From contig JACQPK010000402.1 in the NCBI GenBank assembly GCA_016207565.1, positions 1 through 38,028 on the forward strand: DNA of 38,028 nucleotides. The letters run 5' to 3'. The notes below the pieces were generated by a model. The model was not told the DNA's origin, did not search any database, and was given only the letters and a program-made list of their open reading frames with translations. Shown here piece after piece: positions 8,675 through 17,406 of the stretch. Source of the stretch: Elusimicrobiota bacterium (GTDB lineage Bacteria > Elusimicrobiota > Elusimicrobia > UBA1565 > JACRDR01). A program made the translations under genes and the position numbers. Positions within the stretch are counted from its first letter, which is position 1. Every line of letters begins with the position of its first letter.

Positions 8675-10027
8675 TTATTTTTCTAGCGCCGCCAACAGCT
8701 CGCGCGCGAACTCACCCAGCGACGGGTCGCGGGCGCCCATGGTCAAGACGACGTCTCCCGAGCGGGCCTCGGCGGCCACCTGCGCCGGGATCTCCGCGCG
8801 GCGCTCGACGAACCGGGCGTCCTTGCCCCGGGCGCGGACGGGGTCGGCTAGGTCCTTCGACGAGATCGTCTTCTGCGCGGTGCCGCCGGCGTAGTAGATC
8901 TCCGGCAGCCACAGCACATCCCCGGACCGCAGGGCCGCCGCGAACGCGTCGATGAACTCCTGGCGGTTGAACCTAGTCGGGGCGTAGCCGTGAGGCTGAA
9001 AGATCGCGAGGACGCGCGGGGCCTGAAGCCTCGCGGTCTCGATCGCGGCGCGGACCTTGGCGGGGTTGTGCGCGAAGTCGTCGATGACGGCCACGCCCCG
9101 CGCGGCGCCGACGCGCTCGAAGCGGCGGGCGACGCCCTGAAACGCCTCGAGCGCGCGGGCGCAGGAGGCCAGCTCGGCGCCGGCCTCCAGCGCCGCGGCG
9201 GTGGCCGCCACGGCGTTCTCGACGTTGTGGCGCCCGGGGACCGGCAGGCGGAACTCGACGCCGGAGACCCGAAACCGCGAGCCGTCCGCCTCGAGCCGGA
9301 CGTCCTCGGCGCGCACCTGCGCGTCGTCGCCAAGCCCGAACGTGCGCGCGCCTTCCGCGAGCCCCTCGATGCCCGGAGAGCCCGCGTGCGAGACGAAACG
9401 CCCGCAGCGGGACTTGAACTCGGAGAACATCCTCACGAGCTCCGGGATCTCCTTGTGGTCCTTGTCGACGTTGAGCAGCACGCCGATCGCCGGCGCGTAC
9501 CGGACGAGGGTGCCGTCGGACTCGTCCGCCTCGATCACGAGCAAGTCGGAGCCGCCGCGCCGGGCGTTGCCGATGAGCCCCTGCGACTCGAGCGCGCGCA
9601 GGCCCCCGCCCGTGATGACGGACGGGTCCCGGCCGGCCGCGAGCAGGATCTCGTAGACCATGGCCGCCACCGTCGACTTGCCGCTGGTGCCGGCGACCGC
9701 GACCGCGCGCCGCTCGGCGACGTAGCGCGCGAGCATGTCGGCGCGGTGGATGACCGGGATGCCGAGCCCGCGCGCGGCCTCGAGGTCGGGATTGTCGGTC
9801 TCGATCGCCGTCGAGGCGATCACGGCGTCGGGCCGGGCGCGGACGCCGGACCCGTCCTGCGGCACGATGCGCACGCCCTGGGCCTCGAGCTTGGCCCGAA
9901 TCCCCGCCGCGAGCCCCCGGTCGAAGCTGCGGTCGGAGCCGGTCGCCGCTCCGCCGCCCATCGCGTGGAACTGCGCCAACGCGCTCATGCCGCTGCCCGC
10001 GATGCCCGCGTAATGGAGAGTTTTCAC
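8675..10027 (-). CDS. Mur ligase, MurC/Mpl-like (UDP-N-acetylmuramate-amino acid ligase)
   Basis: GIAGSGMSALA, GSD, AVAGTSGKST, EADESDG, DH, FQGVARRF, DDFAHNP and FQPH motifs. GTG 10027 is preferred over ATG 10045. Confidence 0.92.
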   Translation of the reverse strand: MKTLHYAGIAGSGMSALAQFHAMGGGAATGSDRSFDRGLAAGIRAKLEAQGVRIVPQDGSGVRARPDAVIASTAIETDNPDLEAARGLGIPVIHRADMLARYVAERRAVAVAGTSGKSTVAAMVYEILLAAGRDPSVITGGGLRALESQGLIGNARRGGSDLLVIEADESDGTLVRYAPAIGVLLNVDKDHKEIPELVRMFSEFKSRCGRFVSHAGSPGIEGLAEGARTFGLGDDAQVRAEDVRLEADGSRFRVSGVEFRLPVPGRHNVENAVAATAAALEAGAELASCARALEAFQGVARRFERVGAARGVAVIDDFAHNPAKVRAAIETARLQAPRVLAIFQPHGYAPTRFNRQEFIDAFAAALRSGDVLWLPEIYYAGGTAQKTISSKDLADPVRARGKDARFVERRAEIPAQVAAEARSGDVVLTMGARDPSLGEFARELLAALEK

Positions 10028-10061
10028 TCGGCCGCACGATATCATTTCCTAAAATGCCGCG

Positions 10062-11057
10062 GTGCCGAGCCGCGCCGCCGTCCTCGCCCTGGCCGTCGCT
10101 CTTTCGGGCTGCTCGCCGGTCTACGTCTTCAAGGCGTGGCGCGGCCACGCCCGGCTGTTGTCGAGCCGCCGGCCCATCGAGCGGGTGCTCGCCGACCCCG
10201 CCACGCCGGAGCCCCTGCGCGAGAAGCTGCGCGTCGTGCTCGACGCCCGCCGATTCGCCTTCGAGACGGTCGGCATCCCGCCGACCGACAACTACACGGA
10301 GTACGCCGCGGTGAAAGGCCCGGCGGTGACGTGGGTGGTCAGCGCCTCGAGGCGGACGCGCTTCGAGGCGAAGCGCTGGTGGTTCCCGTTCGTCGGCCGC
10401 GTGCCCTACAAGGGCCACTTCGAGCGCTCCGACGCCGAGGCCGAGCGGGCCGCGCTCGAACGCGACGACTGGGACGCCGCCTGCGGCGGGGTGTCCGCCT
10501 ACAGCACGCTCCGCTGGCTGCGCGACCCCGTGCTCTCGACGATGCTCGAGAGCGGGCCCGGCGAGACCGCGGAGCTGCTCCTCCACGAGCTCAGCCACGC
10601 CGCGGTGTTCTTCAAGGGCCAGGTCGACTTCAACGAGGCCTTCGCGACCTACGTCGGCGAGACCGCCGGCGCCGAGTTCCTCGCCTCCCGCTTCGGCACC
10701 GAGTCCGCCGAGCTCGCCGAGTACCGCCGCGCGCTGGGGGAGCGCGCCGCGAAGGCGAAGACGGTCGACGCGCTCTACGATGAGCTCGCCGCGCTCTACG
10801 GAGGGCCGGGCTCGGACGCCGAGAAGCTGGAGGCGCGCAAGAAGGTGTTCGAGCGCTACCGCGAGCCGCTCGGCCTGGCGACGCTCAACAACGCCGTCGT
10901 CTTGGCCCACCGGCGCTACCGCTACGACCTCTCGGACTTCGCGACCGCCCGCCGGAGGACCGGCGGCGACTGGCGGAAGTGGCTCGCGGAAATGAAGTCC
11001 CTCGACCCCAAGGACCCGCGTGCGGACCTCAAACGCCGGCTGGCGACCCCGGGCTAG
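10062..11057 (+). CDS. Lipoprotein, putative zinc aminopeptidase (Aminopep/DUF2265-like)
   Basis: Lipobox LSGC, WWFPFVGRVPYKG, AYSTL.W..DP, HELSH (HExxH) and FNEAFATYV. Confidence 0.88.
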   Translation: MPSRAAVLALAVALSGCSPVYVFKAWRGHARLLSSRRPIERVLADPATPEPLREKLRVVLDARRFAFETVGIPPTDNYTEYAAVKGPAVTWVVSASRRTRFEAKRWWFPFVGRVPYKGHFERSDAEAERAALERDDWDAACGGVSAYSTLRWLRDPVLSTMLESGPGETAELLLHELSHAAVFFKGQVDFNEAFATYVGETAGAEFLASRFGTESAELAEYRRALGERAAKAKTVDALYDELAALYGGPGSDAEKLEARKKVFERYREPLGLATLNNAVVLAHRRYRYDLSDFATARRRTGGDWRKWLAEMKSLDPKDPRADLKRRLATPG

Positions 11058-11458
11058 GCGGTCCGCCGCAACGCGTCGTAGAGTTGCCGTGGGGCGAGGA
11101 TTTCCGTTTCATGGTAGCGCTTGACGACGAGGAGGTCCCGGTCCCCGGTCACCAAGCAGTCCGCCCGCGATGCCGCGGCGATGCCTAGTATCGGCAGGTC
11201 CTTCGGATCCCGGCATGCATCGGAAGGCACCGGGACCGGGCGCTCGACGGTGCAATGCGACTCGAGGTAGGCCCGGATCTCGGATACGGTGGCGGCGGGA
11301 ACCTTCAGCTTCCGCCCAAGCTTCCGATCGACCTCGTCTAGGATGTGCGTGCCGACGATGACCTCGTGCCTCCGCACGCACACTTCGAAAAGGGCCTGGC
11401 ACAAGCCTTGGGTGGCGAACGCGGCAATGAGGACGTTCGTGTCGAACACGACGCGCAT
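11054..11458 (-). CDS. PIN-domain toxin of a putative toxin-antitoxin pair
   Basis: MRVVFDTNVLIAA...E...CRDPKDLPIL...ADCLVTGDRDLL. Start is coupled to the antitoxin stop. Confidence 0.93.
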   Translation of the reverse strand: MRVVFDTNVLIAAFATQGLCQALFEVCVRRHEVIVGTHILDEVDRKLGRKLKVPAATVSEIRAYLESHCTVERPVPVPSDACRDPKDLPILGIAAASRADCLVTGDRDLLVVKRYHETEILAPRQLYDALRRTA

Positions 11459-11673
11459 CAGAGCTTCTTGAAGACGTCCTCGTCCGTTAGGAGGCTTTGA
11501 GATTCGGCGAACGGCAGGACTTTTCCGCGGAGCCGCCGGAAGCGCCGGACCGCGACGTATTCCCGGAGCGACTCGCGCACTAGGCTGCTGAAGGGAATAT
11601 TCTCCTCGCGGCTCAGCGCCATCAGGTCCTCTCGTAGATCGTCCGGAAGGCGGATATTCAGCACGCGATTCAT
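11458..11673 (-). CDS. Ribbon-helix-helix (CopG-like) antitoxin, 71 aa
   Basis: MNRVLNIRLPDDLREDL...SSLVRESLREY...LLTDEDVF; SD AGGAG. Confidence 0.88.
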   Translation of the reverse strand: MNRVLNIRLPDDLREDLMALSREENIPFSSLVRESLREYVAVRRFRRLRGKVLPFAESQSLLTDEDVFKKL

Positions 11674-11695
11674 GATCGGCTCCTGTGTGACGGCC

Positions 11696-11732
11696 TGTAA
11701 TACATTGTAACACGACGGCGACCGCCCGTCAA
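11696..11732 (-). promoter_or_regulatory. TA operon promoter with probable autorepression operator
   Basis: Minus strand TTGACG-N17-TACAAT. The -10/TSS overlaps TGTAATACATTGTAACA, a near-palindrome with repeated TGTAA. Confidence 0.65.
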
Positions 11733-11761
11733 GGCCCGGCGGCTTATGATATAGTCGTCCG

Positions 11762-12439
11762 GTGGCCGAAGAGCTCTTCAACCTGAGCCACGAGTACGAC
11801 CGAATGCTCCAGCAGGGGCTCGCGCTGTCCGGCGAGTCGAAGGAGTTCTTCGTCGCCGGGCGGGTCCGGCACTTGAAGGCGACTATGCCCGCCGGGTTCT
11901 CGCCCAAGCGGATCCTCGACTTCGGCTGCGGCGTCGGCGGGGCGACCGCGGCGCTGGCCGAGGCGTTTCCCGACGCGGAGGTGGTCGGAGTCGACACGGC
12001 CGAGAACGCGTTGGAGTTTGCTCGAAAGAACGTCACGCGGAAGAATGTCCAGTTCAAAGCCATGGCCGACATCGGCCATAGCTTTGAACTGGCGTATGTC
12101 AACGGGGTCTTCCATCACATCGCGCCGGAGAAGCGCGGGGAGGCCGCGGCGCTCGTGCACGGCGCGCTCTCGCCGGGCGGGCGCTTCGCCTTCTTCGAGA
12201 ACAACCCGTGGAACCCGGGGACGCGCCTGGTCATGGCGAGGATCCCCTTCGATCGCGACGCCATCCCGATCCCGCCTCCGGAAGGCCGCGCGCTGCTCTC
12301 CGGCGCGGGGTTCGCGCTCGAGCCCTCGCGCTTCCTCTTCTTCTTCCCGCGCCCGCTGGCGTGGTTCCGCTTTCTCGAGCCGTCGCTGGAGCGGTGCCCG
12401 CTCGGCGCGCAGTACCACATCCCCGCCGTGAAGGAGTGA
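11762..12439 (+). CDS. Class I SAM-dependent methyltransferase
   Basis: ILDFGCGVG, VGVD, VFHHI, LSPGG, FENNPWNPGT and GAQY motifs. Confidence 0.92.
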   Translation: MAEELFNLSHEYDRMLQQGLALSGESKEFFVAGRVRHLKATMPAGFSPKRILDFGCGVGGATAALAEAFPDAEVVGVDTAENALEFARKNVTRKNVQFKAMADIGHSFELAYVNGVFHHIAPEKRGEAAALVHGALSPGGRFAFFENNPWNPGTRLVMARIPFDRDAIPIPPPEGRALLSGAGFALEPSRFLFFFPRPLAWFRFLEPSLERCPLGAQYHIPAVKE

Positions 12440-12441
12440 GC

Positions 12442-12777
12442 ATGCACGGAAGCCAGGATGTTCCCGCGATCGACGTGAAGGCGCTCAAAGAGCGCCGCGA
12501 CAAGAAGAAGCCGCATTTCCTGCTCGACGTACGCGAGCCCGACGAGTACGAAGCCGCCAAGATCGACGGCAGCGTCCTTATCCCGCTGGGCGAGCTCCAG
12601 GCGCGGGTCGGCGAGGTGCCCAAGGACCGGGAGGTCATCGTCCACTGCCACCACGGCGGCCGCTCGGCGCAGGCGGTCCGGTTCTTGCTCCAGGCCGGGG
12701 TCCAGGACGCGAAGAACCTAGACGGCGGGATCGACGCCTGGTCCTGCGAGATCGACAAGTCCGTGCCGCGCTACTGA
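12442..12777 (+). CDS. Single-domain rhodanese (similar to the MoeB/MoeZ C-terminal domain)
   Basis: LLDVREPDEY, CHHGGRS active-site loop, NLDGGIDAWS.EID.SVPRY; SD AAGGAG. Confidence 0.92.
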   Translation: MHGSQDVPAIDVKALKERRDKKKPHFLLDVREPDEYEAAKIDGSVLIPLGELQARVGEVPKDREVIVHCHHGGRSAQAVRFLLQAGVQDAKNLDGGIDAWSCEIDKSVPRY

Positions 12778-12778
12778 G

Positions 12779-13963
12779 TTGAGCGCCCCCGGCCGGCTCG
12801 TCGCCTCCGGCAGCTTCCGCGTCGACCGCGCGCGCGCGCTGAAGAAGCTCGGCGCGTTCGCGCTGTCCGACGTGGACCGGTTCCTGATCCCCTGGGTACG
12901 CTGCGCGGACCACTGCGGGACGGCGCTCGTCCGGCTCTGGCGGACCGGCCGCGCCTACGAGATGCGGTTCGGCGGGCGGGCCTTCACCCGGAAGGAGCTC
13001 GAGGATCCGTTCTCCTGCCTGTTCGAGGACGCGGACGACCGACGGAACGACGACCTCGCGGTGGGGCTGCTCAGCGTGCTCGAGCGCGGCCCACGGTCGG
13101 TGTTCGGCCACGGCCCTCGGGTGACGATCGTCTCGGGCCCTCCCGGCCAGCGGTACCGGCTCGAGGTCGGAGCGGAGTACGGGGAGCGGCTCTTCGAAGT
13201 CGTCGCCGCCCGCTCTTCGGAGACCATCCTGCGCGTCGAGCGTCCCTGGCTTTCGCGCGCCCAGGGCCGCCGGCCGATCGACCTCTTGCGGGAAGCCTGC
13301 GACAACCCGTTCCGCGGCTTCGGGCTCGACATCGACGGCGGGCGAACCCTGCTCCCGCCCGCCCGGCCGGCAAAGGAAGCGTTGGTCCGCGGCCCGCTCC
13401 GATTCCTCTTCAAGCTCGCCGATCAGCGGGACAGCCGAGTGCGGTTCCACCTTGGCGGAGTGCGCGTCGATACGGTGCCCACGGTGCTCAACTGGCTGCA
13501 GGTCGACGCGGACGTCGAGTGTCCGCGCTTCCGGCTCGACGCTTCCCAGAACGCCGTCGTCCGCGACGACCTATACCACTCGGTTTTCACGACGCTGAGC
13601 CGCCTAGCGCTCGAGCGCGCCGCATGGACGTTCCATCAGGCGAGCGGCTACTACGCCAGGAGCCTCGGCAATCCGAACCCGGCGCCGGAGCTGCCGCGCC
13701 CTTCGGAGCCGCTCCGTTCCCTCCCCTTCAGCCTGGCGAGCCTCGCGCGCCTACGCCGGGCCTGCGCGCCGGCGTTGGCGACGGGTTCACGAGATCCGGC
13801 GCTGGAGCCTCTGCGCCGGCAGTTCTTCTTCCTGGACTCCCGGGGCATGCCCGCGCATCTACCGAAGCTGCTGGCGCTGCCGAAAGGCACGATGCCCGAG
13901 CTGCAGGCCCACAACCAAGACGACGGATTCGCGTTGAGGACGCTCTTGCCGCGGCGGCTCTAG
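12779..13963 (+). CDS. Hypothetical protein, possible degenerate GHKL/HtpG-like N-domain
   Basis: SGSFRVDRARALKKL..F.L.D, FGGRAFTRKEL, LAVGL and later LDASQNAVVRD resemble Hsp90-like N/middle-domain motifs. Confidence 0.55.
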   Translation: MSAPGRLVASGSFRVDRARALKKLGAFALSDVDRFLIPWVRCADHCGTALVRLWRTGRAYEMRFGGRAFTRKELEDPFSCLFEDADDRRNDDLAVGLLSVLERGPRSVFGHGPRVTIVSGPPGQRYRLEVGAEYGERLFEVVAARSSETILRVERPWLSRAQGRRPIDLLREACDNPFRGFGLDIDGGRTLLPPARPAKEALVRGPLRFLFKLADQRDSRVRFHLGGVRVDTVPTVLNWLQVDADVECPRFRLDASQNAVVRDDLYHSVFTTLSRLALERAAWTFHQASGYYARSLGNPNPAPELPRPSEPLRSLPFSLASLARLRRACAPALATGSRDPALEPLRRQFFFLDSRGMPAHLPKLLALPKGTMPELQAHNQDDGFALRTLLPRRL

Positions 13964-15060
13964 CGGGCGGCGACGAGCGACTTGCGCTTGGCCTCGATCG
14001 AGGCCAGGAGCTGCTCGTAGGAGTCCACGAAGGCCTTCACGCCTTCCTCCTCGAGCTTGTTCGTCACCTGGACCATGTCGATCCCGGCGCGCTCGAGCTT
14101 CTGCATGAGCTCGTTGGCTTGCGCGGCCGCGCCGGTCAGCGCGTCGCGCACCTGGCCGTGGTCGCGGAACGCGTCGAGGGTCTGCGGCGGCACCGTGTTC
14201 ACCGTCTCGGGGCCGATCAGCTCCTCGATGTAGAGGACGTCGCGATACTTCGGGTTCTTCGTGCTGGTGCTGGCCCACAGCGGACGCTGCGGGCGCGCGC
14301 CCTTCTTCAGCAGGGCCGCGAACTCGGGTCGCTTCTTCGCGCGCAGGAAGATGTCGTAGGCGAGCTGGGCGTTGGCGACCGCCGCCTTGCCGCAGAGTTC
14401 CGGGTGTCCCTTCTGCTCGAGAATCGGGTCGACCATCGAGTCGACGCGGCTGACGAAGAAGCTGGCGACCGAGTCGATCCGGGCGACGTCCTTGCCCGCC
14501 GTCGCCGCCTTCGTGAGGCCCGCCAGCCAGGCGTCGAGGACCTCGCGGTAGCGCTCGAGCGAGAAGATGAGCGTCACGTTGACCGACACGCCCTCGGCGA
14601 GCACGCGCTCGATCGCGGGCAGACCCTCGCGGGTCGCCGGGATCTTGATCATGAGGTTGCTGCGGGCCACGCGGCGGTGCAGGTCGAGCGCCTCACGCAC
14701 GGTGCCTTCGGTGTCGCGGGCCAGCCGAGGGTTCACCTCGAGCGAGACGAAACCGTCGGCGCCCTTCGTCGCCTCAAAGACCTTGGCGAGGGCGTCGCAG
14801 GCCTTCTGGATGTCAACGACGGCCAGCGCCTCGTAGATGGCGTGCGCGTCTTTTCCCGCGCGGATGAGGGCGAGGCTGGCCTCGTCGTATTCCGGTCCGG
14901 ACGCGATCGCTTTCTGAAAGATCGTGGGATTCGAGGTCACGCCCCGGAGCTCGTCGTCCGCGACGAGGCGCTCCAACCGGCCCTCCTCCACGAATCGGCG
15001 CGTGATGAAGTCCAGCCAAACGCTCTGTCCTTTCTTGGCGAGCTCTCGAAGTGGGTTCAT
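13960..15060 (-). CDS. tal: Transaldolase
   Basis: GQSVWLD, GVTSNPTIF, VSLEVNP, MIKIPAT, NVTLIFS, SVASFFVSRVD and RPLWASTSTKNP motifs. Confidence 0.97.
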   Translation of the reverse strand: MNPLRELAKKGQSVWLDFITRRFVEEGRLERLVADDELRGVTSNPTIFQKAIASGPEYDEASLALIRAGKDAHAIYEALAVVDIQKACDALAKVFEATKGADGFVSLEVNPRLARDTEGTVREALDLHRRVARSNLMIKIPATREGLPAIERVLAEGVSVNVTLIFSLERYREVLDAWLAGLTKAATAGKDVARIDSVASFFVSRVDSMVDPILEQKGHPELCGKAAVANAQLAYDIFLRAKKRPEFAALLKKGARPQRPLWASTSTKNPKYRDVLYIEELIGPETVNTVPPQTLDAFRDHGQVRDALTGAAAQANELMQKLERAGIDMVQVTNKLEEEGVKAFVDSYEQLLASIEAKRKSLVAAR

Positions 15061-15943
15061 GGAGTCTCCGGCCTCCGCGGGGGAACCGGAAGATTCTAGC
15101 AATTTCGGCCGGTTTGGGGGCCCGCTCGGGCAGCGCGAGGAGCGCCGTCGGGAGGTGCCGGAGCACGCGCTCGGCCGTCGAGCCGAGGATCCGGTCCTGC
15201 AAGAATCCCTTGCGGCGCGCGACGACCACCACGAGCGTGTGGCGTCCGCCTTCCTCCACGATCTCCTCGGCCGGGTTGCCGAAGGCCAGCTGCACCTGCG
15301 GCTTCGTCGCGTTCTGCACCCACGGCGGGAGCTGCTTGACCATCGCCTGCAGCAGCGCGCGGGTCCCCTCGAAGCCCATCTGCCCGCCGAAGATCGGCTC
15401 GTCGAACACGTGCAGGAGGGTCAGCCGGGCGCCGAGGACGCCGGCCACCCGGCCCGCGTCCACGAGCCCCTCCCAGGAATACGGCTCGGCCCGCACCGGC
15501 GCGAGGATCGACGTGAACCGCGCGACGTACTCGCGCACGACCAGGACCGGGGTCTCCGAGCGGCGGACGACCGCCTCGGCCACTGACCCCAGCAGCACGC
15601 GATCGAGGCCCGCCCGCGCGTGCGTGCCCATGACGATGAGGTCCGCGTGGCGCCGCTTCGCCCAGTCGACGATCTCGACGTCCGCGTCGCCCGTCACCTC
15701 GAAGACCTCCGCCTTGCCTCCCACGCGCGCGCGCAGCTCCTCGATCGCGGGCTCAGGCTGGGCGACCATCAGCGGCTCCGGAGCTCCCAGGCCGACGGCG
15801 TTGCGGACCCAGGGCTGGACGTAGAGCACCTCGAGCTTGGCGTTCGACAGCTCCGCGAGCTGCACGGCCTGCCGCCAGGCGACGAGCGAGCTTTCCGTCA
15901 AATCCATCGGAACGACGATCCTGCGCGGTGGGAATCGGATCAT
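14813..15943 (-). CDS. Tandem-domain universal stress protein; the conserved part ends near 15130 and the frame reads on into tal
   Basis: RIVVPMD...DLIVMGTHARAGLDRVLLGSVAEAVVR and a second domain ILAPV...GNPAEEI...ILGSTAERVLR. Confidence 0.88.
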   Translation of the reverse strand: MIRFPPRRIVVPMDLTESSLVAWRQAVQLAELSNAKLEVLYVQPWVRNAVGLGAPEPLMVAQPEPAIEELRARVGGKAEVFEVTGDADVEIVDWAKRRHADLIVMGTHARAGLDRVLLGSVAEAVVRRSETPVLVVREYVARFTSILAPVRAEPYSWEGLVDAGRVAGVLGARLTLLHVFDEPIFGGQMGFEGTRALLQAMVKQLPPWVQNATKPQVQLAFGNPAEEIVEEGGRHTLVVVVARRKGFLQDRILGSTAERVLRHLPTALLALPERAPKPAEIARIFRFPRGGRRLHEPTSRARQERTERLAGLHHAPIRGGGPVGAPRRGRRAPGRDLESHDLSESDRVRTGIRRGQPRPHPRGKRRARHLRGAGRR

Positions 15944-16095
15944 TTGCGTTTCTATCCAGTGCGCGCCTGGCCTCACCGTTACGCCGCTCGATCGAGGCCT
16001 GGCGCGCTACCGCTCCAGTATATCGACCCCGCCCGGAGGTCCCCACGCCCGGGCTGCGACGTTCTCATGAAGTCCAAAATGATACGATTGCGCCG

Positions 16096-17406
16096 ATGCA
16101 AAAGATCCGCATCGGGATCGCCGGGCTCGGCACGGTCGGCGGCGAGGCGGTGCGCCTGCTGCGCGACGCCGCGCCCGATTTCGAGCGCAGGCTCGGCGCG
16201 CGCCTCGAGCTGGTCGCGGTGTGCGACCGGCGGGCGCCCGAAAAGGCGAGGGCGCTCGGGCTCCCCAAGGGCATCCGGCTCTACCGGGACCCGGCCAAGC
16301 TCGCCGCGGACCCCGACCTCGACGTCGTCGTCGAGACCCTGGGCGGGCTCGAGGAGGCGCGCCGGTTCACGCTCGCCTCGCTCGAGCGCGGCCGCCACGT
16401 CGTCACGGCGAACAAGCGGCTCTTGGCGCATCACTGGCGCGAGCTCTTCGCGGTAAGCCGCGCGGCGCGGCGCCGCCTCTACTTCGAGGGCTCGGTCGCG
16501 GGCGGCATCCCCATCCTCGCGGCGCTCCACCGCAGCCTCGCCGCGAACCGGATCCGCCGGGTGCTCGGCATCCTCAACGGCACGACGAACTTCATCCTGA
16601 CCCGCATGTCCTCCGGCGCCCTGACGCTCGAGGCGGCGTTGGAGGAAGCGCAGGAGAAAGGCCTCGCCGAGAAGGACCCGACCCTCGACCTCAACGGGAC
16701 CGACGCGGCGCACAAGGTCGCGGTGCTCGCCTCGCTGGCCACCGGCCGCTGGGTGAGGCCCGAGGCGGTGGCGCGCGAAGGCATCACGAGGGTCGCTCCC
16801 GAGGACATGGGCTTCGCCGCCCGCGAGCTCGAGCGCACGATCCGCCTGATCGGCTGCGTCGACATGGACTGGTCGGCCCGGCCCGCCCGCGTCGCCTGCC
16901 ACGTGTATCCGACGCTCGTGCCCAACGACCATCCGCTCGCCTCCGTCCACGGCGAGTACAACGCCGTGCTCGTCGAAGCCTCGGCCGCCGGCGACCTGAT
17001 GTTCTACGGCAAGGGCGCGGGCGCGGGGCCGGCGGCCTCCGCCGTCGTGGGCGATCTTTTCCTCCTGGCCTCCGAGATGCTCTCGGGGCCGCCGCGAGAC
17101 GCCGGGATGGTCTGGAGGAAAGACGGCGAGACGAGGCTCGTCCCCGTCGACGAAACGACCTCGTCCTTCTACCTCCGCCTCGCGGTCAAGGATCGGCCTG
17201 GCGCGCTCGCGCGCATCACCGGCGCGCTCGCCGCCAAGAGGATCTCGATCTCGCGCATCCACCAAGAGACGCCGAGCGGGAAAGCCCCCGTCCCCGTCTC
17301 CCTCACGACGCACCCGGCGCGGCAGAGGGACTTCCTCGCCGCGACGGCCGCCATCCGGCGGCTCGCCGACGTCGCGCCGGGACACGCCTGGCTGCGGATG
17401 CTATGA
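16096..17406 (+). CDS. hom: Homoserine dehydrogenase with ACT domain
   Basis: IGIAGLGTVG, HVVTANK, FEGSVAGGIP, GILNGTTNFIL, GKGAG and VKDRPGALARI motifs. Confidence 0.96.
   Translation: MQKIRIGIAGLGTVGGEAVRLLRDAAPDFERRLGARLELVAVCDRRAPEKARALGLPKGIRLYRDPAKLAADPDLDVVVETLGGLEEARRFTLASLERGRHVVTANKRLLAHHWRELFAVSRAARRRLYFEGSVAGGIPILAALHRSLAANRIRRVLGILNGTTNFILTRMSSGALTLEAALEEAQEKGLAEKDPTLDLNGTDAAHKVAVLASLATGRWVRPEAVAREGITRVAPEDMGFAARELERTIRLIGCVDMDWSARPARVACHVYPTLVPNDHPLASVHGEYNAVLVEASAAGDLMFYGKGAGAGPAASAVVGDLFLLASEMLSGPPRDAGMVWRKDGETRLVPVDETTSSFYLRLAVKDRPGALARITGALAAKRISISRIHQETPSGKAPVPVSLTTHPARQRDFLAATAAIRRLADVAPGHAWLRML

Noticed and set aside
11054-13963. Convergent gene pairs sharing a CTAG double stop (11054-11057 and 13960-13963) as insertion target sites
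   Set aside because: A 4-bp stop overlap is common in compact genomes, and there is no transposase or terminal repeat.
15944-16095. T-box or Thr leader-peptide attenuator before hom
   Set aside because: There is no T-box motif or Thr-rich peptide, and the -10 sits 7 nt before the hom ATG.
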